This document shows, in pieces, positions 35,029 through 43,345 of a stretch of 64,000 nucleotides of DNA; within the stretch, counting starts at the first letter, position 1; each line of letters opens with the position of its first letter. Origin of the DNA: Pseudomonadota bacterium. Lineage in GTDB: Bacteria; Pseudomonadota; Alphaproteobacteria; Caulobacterales; Caulobacteraceae. Position numbers and translations under genes: made by a program. The notes beneath the pieces were generated by a model. The model had not been told where the DNA came from. It worked only from the letters and a program-made list of their open reading frames with translations, and searched no databases. Where the stretch lies: assembly GCA_023456105.1 (NCBI GenBank), contig JAEYAO010000066.1:6291-70290 (forward strand), read 5' to 3'.

Positions 35029-35519
35029 CCGTGGCCGTGATGATCCTGGCCCTGGTGACCCTCCAGCGGCTGGGCGAGCTGGTGCTGGGGAGGTCCAACA
35101 CCCGCCGGCTGCTGGCGCGAGGGGCGGTGGAAAGCGGCGCCGAGCACTACCGCTTCATCGTCGCCCTGCATGCGGCGTGGCTGATCGGCCTTTGGCTACT
35201 GGCCTGGGATCGTCCGGTCAACCTTCCGCTGCTGCTGCTCTTCGTGCTGCTGCAGGCCGGGCGGGTGTGGGTGATCGCCACGCTGGGGCGGCGCTGGACC
35301 ACCCGCATCCTCACCCTGCCGGGCGAGCCCTTGGTGCGGAAGGGGCCGTTCCGCTTCGTATCTCACCCCAACTACATCGTGGTGGCGGGCGAACTGGCGG
35401 TGCTGCCGCTGGTGTTCGGGCTGCCGCTCTACGCCCTGGTCTTCACCGCGTTGAACGCCGTCATGATGTGGGTGCGCATCCGCTGCGAACAGCGGGCGCT
35501 GGACGCGGCCTCGGCTTAA
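35025..35519 (+). CDS. isoprenylcysteine carboxyl methyltransferase (ICMT)-family membrane methyltransferase
   Basis: GPFRFVSHPNYIVVAGE motif and multi-TM topology. It has a 4-nt overlap with the PKS gene. Confidence 0.8.
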   Translation: MTVAVMILALVTLQRLGELVLGRSNTRRLLARGAVESGAEHYRFIVALHAAWLIGLWLLAWDRPVNLPLLLLFVLLQAGRVWVIATLGRRWTTRILTLPGEPLVRKGPFRFVSHPNYIVVAGELAVLPLVFGLPLYALVFTALNAVMMWVRIRCEQRALDAASA

Positions 35520-35544
35520 GGCCGCGTCCCGTCGTCACGGCGGA

Positions 35545-36543
35545 TCAGCCCGGCTGGCCGCCGCCGCCGGTCGCGCCGAACACCTGGCCGGTGGAGTAGC
35601 TGAGCAGCGGGTCGGCCGCCGCGACATAGAGGCCGGCGATTTCGGCGGGCTGCCCGGGGCGTCCGAGCGGCGCCTGGGAGCCGAACTGCTGCAGCTTTTC
35701 GGGCGTGGCGCCGCCGCTGACCTGGAGCGGGGTCCAGAAGGGACCCGGCGTGACCGCATTCACGCGGATGCCCTTGGGCGCCAGCTGCTTGGCCATCGAC
35801 TTGGTGAAGTTCAGAACCGCCGCGCGCGTCAGGGCGTAGTCGACCAGGTCCTCGGACGGATCGCCCGCCTGTTCGGACGAGGTGTTGACGATCACGCCGC
35901 CCGCCTGCATCCGCGCCACCGCCGCCTTGGTCAGCCAGAACGGCGCATAGACGTTGGTCTTGAGGGTGGCGTCGAAGTCCTCGCTGGAGATGTCGGCGAT
36001 GGCGGGGCGGGTCTGCTGGCGCGCGGCGTTGTTGACCAGGATGTCCAGCCCGCCCAGTTCGCGCACCGCACGCTCCACCAGCTGGCCGCAGAACCGCTCG
36101 TTGCGCAGGTCGCCGGGGATGGACACGCCCTTGCGGCCCTCGGCGCGGATCAGGGCGATGACCTCGCGCGCGTCCGGCTCTTCCTCGGGCAGGTGGTTGA
36201 TGACCACGTCGGCGCCCTCGCGGGCATAGGCGATGGCGGCGGCGCGGCCGATGCCGCTGTCGCCGCCGGTGATCAGGGCGCGCTTGCCCTGAAGCCGGCC
36301 CGAGCCGCGATAGCTGGTCTCGCCGTGGTCAGGGCGAGGATTCATGCGCGAGGCGAGCCCCGGCCAGGGCTGGTTCTGGACGGCGAAGGGGGGCTTGGGA
36401 TAGTCGGCGGCGGGCGGCGCCGTGGGCGCACCCGGCGGGTTCTGCGGCTGTTGCTGCGCCAGCGCGGGTCCGGCGGCGGCCGCGGCGGCGCCGAGGCCCG
36501 CCGTGGCCACGAATGTGCGGCGCGCCTTGTCGATGTCGGCCAT
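35545..36543 (-). CDS. YghA/YhxC-like SDR oxidoreductase with Tat-type signal peptide
   Basis: Start MADIDKARRTFVATAGLGAAAAAAGPALAQ (RR-x-F-V plus AxA). TGGDSGIG. The catalytic motif reads YALTR rather than YxxxK. Confidence 0.8.
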   Translation of the reverse strand: MADIDKARRTFVATAGLGAAAAAAGPALAQQQPQNPPGAPTAPPAADYPKPPFAVQNQPWPGLASRMNPRPDHGETSYRGSGRLQGKRALITGGDSGIGRAAAIAYAREGADVVINHLPEEEPDAREVIALIRAEGRKGVSIPGDLRNERFCGQLVERAVRELGGLDILVNNAARQQTRPAIADISSEDFDATLKTNVYAPFWLTKAAVARMQAGGVIVNTSSEQAGDPSEDLVDYALTRAAVLNFTKSMAKQLAPKGIRVNAVTPGPFWTPLQVSGGATPEKLQQFGSQAPLGRPGQPAEIAGLYVAAADPLLSYSTGQVFGATGGGGQPG

Positions 36544-36573
36544 GGTCTTCTCCTGATGGGAACGCCGTTTCTT

Positions 36574-36598
36574 AACCGGACGAGGTAGCGCCGGTTCC
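36574..36598 (-). promoter_or_regulatory. EcfG/SigT-like promoter GGAAC-N16-GGTT
   Basis: One mismatch in the -10 element relative to GGAAC-N16-CGTT. It lies about 30 nt upstream of ATG 36543. Confidence 0.35.
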
Positions 36599-36686
36599 AA
36601 CGGCGCAGCGAAGCGGCCGAGCGGAACATATCCGGACCCGCCGGATTGCCCTTCGACACCCTGCGACCCGCCAAGAGGACAGAGCC

Positions 36687-37049
36687 ATGGAAGACCGCCG
36701 CGTTTGGGAGTTCGAGGAGAGCCTGTGGACGGCCGACGCCGACCACTATCGCGAGGCGGTGGACGACGACTGCCTGATGGTGGTTCCCGCCGCGCCGCAT
36801 GTGGTGGCCGGGCGGGAGGCGATCGAGGCGGTGATCAACACGCCGCGCTGGAGCGAGGTGCGCTTCGAGCAGCAGCAGGTCTCACGCCCGCAGGAGGGCC
36901 TGATCGTGATCGCCTATCAGGTGACGGCGTCGAAGCTGGACGCCGAGGACTACACCGCCTTCTGCACCTCGACCTATCGCCGGATCGAGCACGATGTCTG
37001 GCGGGTGGTGCAGCACCAGCAGACCCCGCCGCTCTCGATCAGCGAATAG
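36687..37049 (+). CDS. DUF4440/SnoaL-like (NTF2 fold) protein
   Basis: Size and pattern (WEFEESLW...AIEAV...VIAYQVTA...TSTYRR...WRVVQHQQTP). Confidence 0.6.
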   Translation: MEDRRVWEFEESLWTADADHYREAVDDDCLMVVPAAPHVVAGREAIEAVINTPRWSEVRFEQQQVSRPQEGLIVIAYQVTASKLDAEDYTAFCTSTYRRIEHDVWRVVQHQQTPPLSISE

Positions 37050-37065
37050 CGGCACCCGTTGCGCG

Positions 37066-37554
37066 TCAGGCGGCCGGTGCGGCCTCCTGGCGCGCGCGGA
37101 GAAGAGCGCTCTCGGCGCGTGCCGAGCGCAGCATGAACTTGAGCTGGTAGGTCAGCAGCCGCCAGTTCAGCGGCTTGGTGACGAATGCGGTGGCGCCGGC
37201 CTGAAAGGCGCGGTCGATCGCCTCCACGTCGTCTCGGCCGGTCGCCACGATCACGGGCAGCCGCTCCCAGCGCGGATCGGCCCGCATCCGGCCAAGCAGG
37301 TCGAAGCCGTCGATGCGCGGCATCTCCAAATCGGTGACGACCAGGTCGAAGGCACCCTTCTCGAGCCGTTCAAGCGCTTCGACGCCGTCGCCGGCCACCT
37401 CGATCTCGGCATGGACTGAGGCCAGGTTGACCTGGGCGAACTCCCGCAGGATCGGATCGTCGTCCACGAAGAGGATGCGGACCTCTTCGTCCAGAACGTA
37501 GAAAAAGCCGCTCAACTCAGGCCCTCGCACTCGGCCCGGGGGGACCACGAACAC
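37066..37554 (-). CDS. single-domain response regulator
   Basis: ILFVDDDPILRE...DLVVTDLEMPRIDG...VIVATG...KP. The start is uncertain. Confidence 0.8.
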   Translation of the reverse strand: MFVVPPGRVRGPELSGFFYVLDEEVRILFVDDDPILREFAQVNLASVHAEIEVAGDGVEALERLEKGAFDLVVTDLEMPRIDGFDLLGRMRADPRWERLPVIVATGRDDVEAIDRAFQAGATAFVTKPLNWRLLTYQLKFMLRSARAESALLRARQEAAPAA

Positions 37555-37594
37555 CGGCCGTCCTTAAGCCGCGGGTCATTAACGTGTCGTATCG

Positions 37595-40500
37595 GTGGAG
37601 GACTGGACACCGAAACGAGCGCCCGCCTTGCCCAAGACCCAAACCATCGCGCGCCACCTCGCCAAGCTGGTGCTGACCGCGCTGGGCGTCTCCTTTGCGG
37701 TGACGGCGGTGACGGCCGCCTGGATGGATGCGACGGCGCAGGCGCGGCTCGAGAGCGAGCGCCTGGTGCAGACCGCGCGCGTGATCGGCTCCCTGTCGGC
37801 CGAGGCGGTGGCGAATGGGGACCGCGCGGGCGCCTTCCGTGCGGTGCGCTCCATCTCGCAGATGCCGAGTCTCAGCTATGCGCGGCTTGAGACGCGCGAC
37901 GGCGTGCTGCTGGCCGAAACCGGGGCGGGCGCGCGGCTGATCTCGGACGTGCGCGTGGATCACACGCAACGGCCCTCGCTGCTGCAGACGCTGAGGACGG
38001 GCTCGATCGAGGCGTCGGCGCCGGTGCTGTGGGAAGGCGTGGAGGTCGGCAAGGTGACGCTGTTCGGCCGCACGCCGGACCTGCGGACCCGCATCCTGGC
38101 GGCCCTGCTGCCGACGCTGCTGGGGGCGCTGGTGGCCATGCTGGCGGCGCTGGTGGTGGCGCTGCGGATGGCGAAGAGGATCAGCGCGCCGATCGTGGCG
38201 CTGGCCGGCCAGATCGGCGAAGTGCGCCGCACCAGCCGCTTCGAGCCCCAGAACGACATCGCCGCCGACGGCGAGGTTCGGGACTTGGTCGACGGCTTCA
38301 AGGACCTGCTGGGCAGCATCCGCGAACGCGACGCCCAGATCGCCGCGCAGATCGACAACCTGGAGGCCGAGGTCGCCAGCCGAACCGCCGAACTGTCCGA
38401 CGCCAAGGGCGAGGCCGAGGCCGCCAACGCCGCCAAGTCCGACTTCCTGGCGGTGATGAGCCACGAGATCCGCACGCCGCTGAACGGCATCCTGGCGCTC
38501 AGCGACCTTCTGGCCCGCACCGCCCTGCCGCCCAAGCCCAAGCGCTACGCCGACATCATCTCGACCTCGGGCCGGTCGCTGCTGAACATCATCAACGAGA
38601 TCCTGGATTTCTCGAAGGTCGAGGCGGGCAAGCTGGAGCTCGAGGCGATCGAGACCGACCTGGGCGAGATGATCGAGGATGTGGCCGACCTGTTCGCCGT
38701 CAAGGCGCAGGAAAAGGGGCTCGATCTCGCGACCTACGTCGATCCGACGCTGGGCACGGTCGCCGCCGACCCGGTGCGCCTGCGCCAGGTTGTCAGCAAC
38801 CTTCTGAACAATGCGCTGAAGTTTACGGATGTGGGCGGCGTCCTGCTGTCGGTCGAACGTGCGGCCGAGCCCGGTCGGGTGCGGATCAGTGTGGAGGACA
38901 CCGGACCGGGCATTCCGGCGGACCGCCTGCCGACCCTGTTCGAGGCCTTCACCCAGGCGGATCAGTCAACGACGCGCCGCTATGGCGGGACGGGCCTGGG
39001 CCTGACCATCTGCGATCGTCTGGTCGGGGCCATGAACGGGCGCTGGGAGTTGTCGAGCGTGGTTGGCAAAGGATCGACCTTCGCCTTTTCCGTGCCGCTT
39101 CAGGAGATTTCGCCGGCGGCCGAGCCGGTGGCGGCGCCCGCCGGCTGGTCGGTGGGCGTGGGCGGGCTGGAGGTCATGACCGGACGCGCCGTGCGACGCT
39201 ATCTGCAGGCCTACGGCGTCGCTGAAGCCCCGGTCGGCGAAGCGCCGGCCGCCCTGGTCGGAGTGGGCGAGGCTGTCCCCAGCCTCGGCGTGCGCATCGG
39301 CGCCAAGGGTGGGGACGACGAGGGCGCCCTGTCCACGCCGCTGCGGCGGGAAGTGCTGGAGCACGCGCTGCGCGAGTTGCAGCAGGGGCGCAGGCCCGAG
39401 TGGTCGGGGGCGGCGGCACAGGCCGTGGCGAGCGTGACCTTCCCCGGCGTGCGGGTGCTGGTGGTTGACGATTCGGAGGTCAACCGCGAGGTGGCGTGCG
39501 AAGCGCTGGCGAGCCTGGGCGTCGAGGCGGACACGGCCGTGAACGGGCTGGAGGCGGTGGGGCGCGTCGCGGCCGAGCGCTTCGACCTGGTGCTGATGGA
39601 CGGCTCCATGCCGATCATGGACGGCTTCGAGGCCGCGCGCTGCATCCGTGCCGAGGAGCAGGCTGAAGGGCGGACGGTCACCCCGATCTACGCCCTGACC
39701 GCGCACGTGATCGGCTCGGCCGCCGAGGCCTGGCGCGAGGCGGGCATGAACGGCGTGGTGCACAAGCCCTTCACCACCAACGACCTGCTGGAGGTGCTGA
39801 ACGTGGTCTGCGCCGGCCGGTCGCAAGCCGTGACGGAGGCTGCGGCTCCGCAGCCGGAACCCACTCCGGCAGTCGCGGTCGGCGCACAGGCGGACGACAA
39901 AATCGGCGAGGAGGCCGACGACCTGTTCGATCCGGCGACGCGCGCGGATCTGCAGCGAATGGCGCAGCAGGGGCGGCCCGACTTCGTCGAGCGGGTCGAG
40001 CGGCTGTATCTCGAGAATGCGCCTTTGCGTCTGGCCGAGCTGACGGCGGCGGCGGACGAGGGGCGGCTGGAGGAGGTGGCGCGCGCCGCGCACGCGCTGA
40101 AGTCCATGAGCCTGAGCCTGGGCGCCCGTGCGGTGTCGGCGCTGGCGGCCGGTCTCGAGACGTCGGCCCGGAACGGCGAGGCGGCCACGCCGGAGCGGGT
40201 GGAGGCCATCACCGACGCCCTGCGCCGCACGGTGGTCGCGCTGGGCGGCGCGCCGGCCGAGCCGTCGGGACCGCTGGCCGAGCTGGAGCAGGGGCTCGCC
40301 CGCGACGAGCTGGAGATGCACTATCAGGCGCTGATGGACCCCAAGGGCGCCTTCAGCGGCAAGGTCGAGGCCCTGGTCCGCTGGACCTGCCCGGACAAGG
40401 GACGACGCTCGCCCGCCGACTTCATCCCCGCGCTGGAGCAGGCGGGCGCCATCGGCCGACTGACCGACTTCGCGCTGGAACGGGCGATGAGGGACATCGG

Positions 40501-41029
40501 GCCGCTCAGCGACGTGCGGGTGTCGGTGAACGCCTCGGCGGACGAGTTCCAGTCGGCCGACTTCGCCACGCGGGTCGCGGCGGCTCTGCGCCAGGCGGAT
40601 TTCCCGCCCGAGCGGCTGGAGATCGAGGTCACCGAGACCGCCATGCTGAACGTCGCCTCCGCGCAGCAGTCGGTCGAGGCGCTGCGGGCGCTGGGCGTCG
40701 GCGTGGCGCTGGACGACTTCGGCGCCGGCTTCACCAGCCTGCATGCGCTGCGGGACCTGAAGTTCGCAACCCTGAAGGTGGACGCCAGCTTCATCGCCCG
40801 CTGTTGCGAGGACACCGCGTCCGCCGCCATCCTGCACGCGGTGATCAGCGTCGGCCGCGCGCTCGGCATGAAGGTGGTGTGCGAAGGGGTGGAGACGGCC
40901 GAACAGGCCAGCTTCCTGCGCATCGCCGGTGCGCACCTGCTGCAGGGCTACCACTTCCACAAACCTCAGGCGATCGACGATCTGGTCCGGACGCTGAGCC
41001 TGGAAGGCGACATCCGGGACGTGGCCTAG
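37595..41029 (+). CDS. hybrid sensor kinase: TM/HAMP-HisKA-HATPase-REC-HPt fused to C-terminal EAL phosphodiesterase domain
   Basis: H-box SHEIRTPLNG (His codon 38462-38464). GGTGLGLTIC. REC VLMDGSMPIMDG (Asp codon 39599-39601). HPt AHALKSMS (His 40091-40093). EAL motifs EVTE, DDFGAGFTSL, KVDASF, EGVET, QGYHF. Confidence 0.85.
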   Translation: MEDWTPKRAPALPKTQTIARHLAKLVLTALGVSFAVTAVTAAWMDATAQARLESERLVQTARVIGSLSAEAVANGDRAGAFRAVRSISQMPSLSYARLETRDGVLLAETGAGARLISDVRVDHTQRPSLLQTLRTGSIEASAPVLWEGVEVGKVTLFGRTPDLRTRILAALLPTLLGALVAMLAALVVALRMAKRISAPIVALAGQIGEVRRTSRFEPQNDIAADGEVRDLVDGFKDLLGSIRERDAQIAAQIDNLEAEVASRTAELSDAKGEAEAANAAKSDFLAVMSHEIRTPLNGILALSDLLARTALPPKPKRYADIISTSGRSLLNIINEILDFSKVEAGKLELEAIETDLGEMIEDVADLFAVKAQEKGLDLATYVDPTLGTVAADPVRLRQVVSNLLNNALKFTDVGGVLLSVERAAEPGRVRISVEDTGPGIPADRLPTLFEAFTQADQSTTRRYGGTGLGLTICDRLVGAMNGRWELSSVVGKGSTFAFSVPLQEISPAAEPVAAPAGWSVGVGGLEVMTGRAVRRYLQAYGVAEAPVGEAPAALVGVGEAVPSLGVRIGAKGGDDEGALSTPLRREVLEHALRELQQGRRPEWSGAAAQAVASVTFPGVRVLVVDDSEVNREVACEALASLGVEADTAVNGLEAVGRVAAERFDLVLMDGSMPIMDGFEAARCIRAEEQAEGRTVTPIYALTAHVIGSAAEAWREAGMNGVVHKPFTTNDLLEVLNVVCAGRSQAVTEAAAPQPEPTPAVAVGAQADDKIGEEADDLFDPATRADLQRMAQQGRPDFVERVERLYLENAPLRLAELTAAADEGRLEEVARAAHALKSMSLSLGARAVSALAAGLETSARNGEAATPERVEAITDALRRTVVALGGAPAEPSGPLAELEQGLARDELEMHYQALMDPKGAFSGKVEALVRWTCPDKGRRSPADFIPALEQAGAIGRLTDFALERAMRDIGPLSDVRVSVNASADEFQSADFATRVAAALRQADFPPERLEIEVTETAMLNVASAQQSVEALRALGVGVALDDFGAGFTSLHALRDLKFATLKVDASFIARCCEDTASAAILHAVISVGRALGMKVVCEGVETAEQASFLRIAGAHLLQGYHFHKPQAIDDLVRTLSLEGDIRDVA

Positions 41030-41090
41030 CCGCCGGCCACACCCGGCGCCGGGCGGGGAGCCAACCGCGGCCGCGGTCGTTAGGCTCTGC

Positions 41091-42161
41091 ATGATCGGAG
41101 TTCTGGACAGCGTCGGCTCGCCCCGGATCGCGGCGGCGGAGGCGCTGGACGGCGTGCTGCGACGGGCGGACCGCGCCCGGCCGGTCGCCGTCCTCTGCCA
41201 CTTCGACGCCGACGGCTTGTCGGCGGGCGCGATCCTGGTGCGGGCGCTCTCCGCCGCCGGCTGGTCGGCCACGCCGCTGCCGATCGGCAAGGGCGAGACG
41301 GCGTGGGACGCTTCGGTCAAGCAGCGGCTTGCGGACCTGAAGCCGTCCGCCCTGATCGTCGCCGACCTGGGGACGCGCGCCGAGCCGGTGATGGAGGGCG
41401 CGCCCACCCTGGTGATCGACCACCACACCCCGACAGGCCTGCCCTACGGCGCCGTCACGATCAGCGGCCATGGGCTGAAGCCCGAACCGACCACGGCGCT
41501 GCTGGCCTGGTGGGCGGCGGGGGCGCTGGGCGATCAGGAGAATCTGCTTTGGCTGGCCGCCATCGGCCTGATCGGCGACATGGCCGACGAAGCGGGCTTT
41601 CCGGAGCTGGCGCAGGCTCAAGGCCGCTGGGGCAAGACGGCGCTGAAGGACGCGGTGTCGCTGATCAACGCGCCGCGCCGCACGGCCGCCGCCGACCCGT
41701 GGCCGGCGCTCCGCCTGCTGCTGAGGGCCGATGGGCCCAAGGCCATCACCAAGGGTGGGGACGCCGACGCCCGCGCCTTGGTCGAAGCCAAGCAGGAGGT
41801 GCGCGAGGCGATGGACGCGGCCAAGCGCGTCGCGCCCAGGATCGCGGGGGACGTGGCGATGATCCGTTTTTCTTCCGGATGCCAGGTGCATCCGCTGATC
41901 GCCCAGCAGTGGCGCGGGCGGCTGCGCGACAAGATCGTGCTGGCGGCCAACACCGGCTATCGCCCCGGCTGGGTGCATTTCGCCGCGCGCTCGACGACCG
42001 GGCGCAACCTCATCGACTTCCTGGCCGAGCACCGGCCGCCCGGCGCCGACGAGCGCTATGGCAACGGCCACGCCCAGGCGACGGGCGGAGCGCTGAGGAT
42101 AGCCGACTGGAACGCATTCGTGGCCGATCTCGGCCTGCCCGATCAGCAAGTGGACGCATGA
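41091..42161 (+). CDS. DHH/DHHA1 family phosphoesterase (RecJ/NrnA-like)
   Basis: HFDADG, VIDHH and GNGHAQATGG motifs. Confidence 0.75.
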   Translation: MIGVLDSVGSPRIAAAEALDGVLRRADRARPVAVLCHFDADGLSAGAILVRALSAAGWSATPLPIGKGETAWDASVKQRLADLKPSALIVADLGTRAEPVMEGAPTLVIDHHTPTGLPYGAVTISGHGLKPEPTTALLAWWAAGALGDQENLLWLAAIGLIGDMADEAGFPELAQAQGRWGKTALKDAVSLINAPRRTAAADPWPALRLLLRADGPKAITKGGDADARALVEAKQEVREAMDAAKRVAPRIAGDVAMIRFSSGCQVHPLIAQQWRGRLRDKIVLAANTGYRPGWVHFAARSTTGRNLIDFLAEHRPPGADERYGNGHAQATGGALRIADWNAFVADLGLPDQQVDA

Positions 42162-43321
42162 CCGACCCCGACCGACCGCTCCGTCTCGGCTTTCCCGTCA
42201 AGGTCATGGGCAAGCCGGACATGAAGACGCAGGACACCCGGCGCTGGCAGAAGAACCCGCACCTGAAGTGCTCGCTGGAGCTGCTGGACAAGGTGCTGGA
42301 CTATCTGAAATCCGAGCGGCTCGACATGTACCGGCTGTCTTCGGACATCGCGCCCTATGCGACGCATCCCGACATGCCGCAGTTCCACTCCATGGTGGCC
42401 GACAGCGATGCGGAGCTGAGGGCGTTCGGCCGAAAGGCGCGCGACTATGACATCCGGCTGTCGTTCCATCCGTCTCAGTACATCCTGTTGAACGCGCCCA
42501 ATCCTGAGCTGACCAAGAAGAGCATCTGGGACCTGGCCAGCCAGGCGGAGATGCTGGACCGGATGGAGCTGAACGACGAGGCGGTGATGATCACTCACGT
42601 CGGCGGCGTCTATGACGACCACGAAGCCAGCCGTGCGCGCTGGATCGAAGGCTGGAACCAGTGCCCCGAGCACGTCCAGCGCCGGCTGGTGCTGGAGAAC
42701 GACGACATCCGCTTCTCGGCCGCCGATGTCCTGTGGATCCACGAGCGGACGGGCGTGCGCTGCGTCTTCGACTATCAGCACTTCTGGTGCCTGAACCCCG
42801 AGCGGGCCGACCTGCGGGAGACGCTGGAGGCCTTCATGCGGACTTGGCCGACGGGCGTGCGGCCCAAGATCCACTTCTCTTCGCCCCGCACGGAGCTGCG
42901 CGAGATCAAGCAGAAGATCACGCCCAAGCAACGCGAAGCCGCCGCGGCCGGCAAGACGAAGTCCAGAAAGGGCGACGTGCTGAAGTCGACGGTCAAGCCG
43001 ACCGCGCGCATCCGCACGGTGCTGCGCCCGCCGATCTGGACGGGGCACGCCGACTTCACCAATCCGTTCGAGTTCGCCACCTTCATGCGGACGGCGGAGG
43101 GGCTGGAGTTCGACATTATGCTGGAGTCCAAGTCCAAGGACCTGAGCCTGCTGCGGCTGCGGGCGGACATGCTGCGCTATGCGCCGGACGTGGCGGCGCG
43201 GTTCGGCATCACCGCCGCCGACGCCCAGCGCCTGGCCGAAGACGAGGCGCTGGTCGATGAAGAAGCCGACAGCGAAGAGGACGCCGACGTCGATGAAGGC
43301 GGGCTGGCGGCGAACGGCTGA
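42158..43321 (+). CDS. uvsE: UV damage endonuclease
   Basis: Start MTDPDRPLRLGF overlaps the DHH gene stop (ATGA). UVDE motifs: YRLSSDIAPYATH, RLSFHPSQY, VLENDD. The upstream part of ORF 41303..43321 is an out-of-frame shadow of the DHH gene. Confidence 0.85.
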   Translation: MTDPDRPLRLGFPVKVMGKPDMKTQDTRRWQKNPHLKCSLELLDKVLDYLKSERLDMYRLSSDIAPYATHPDMPQFHSMVADSDAELRAFGRKARDYDIRLSFHPSQYILLNAPNPELTKKSIWDLASQAEMLDRMELNDEAVMITHVGGVYDDHEASRARWIEGWNQCPEHVQRRLVLENDDIRFSAADVLWIHERTGVRCVFDYQHFWCLNPERADLRETLEAFMRTWPTGVRPKIHFSSPRTELREIKQKITPKQREAAAAGKTKSRKGDVLKSTVKPTARIRTVLRPPIWTGHADFTNPFEFATFMRTAEGLEFDIMLESKSKDLSLLRLRADMLRYAPDVAARFGITAADAQRLAEDEALVDEEADSEEDADVDEGGLAANG

Positions 43322-43345
43322 TCCGTCCGCCGCCGCCTTGAGGCG

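Noticed and set aside
41030-41090. Search for SOS boxes upstream of other repair-type genes: the DHH-uvsE operon (41030-41090), the topIB operon (57382-57470), the exonuclease gene (6559-6609) and the S24 repressor gene (2540-2595).
   Set aside because: No GTTC-N7-GTTC or GAAC-N7-GAAC was found. The closest is GAAC-N7-CGAA near 57406, which lacks the second half-site.
41303-42157. N-terminal 285 codons of the 672-aa ORF 41303..43321.
   Set aside because: This part is Arg/Gly/Ala-rich and overlaps the DHH gene out of frame. The UVDE homology begins at MTDPDRPLRLGF (ATG 42158), which overlaps the DHH stop.
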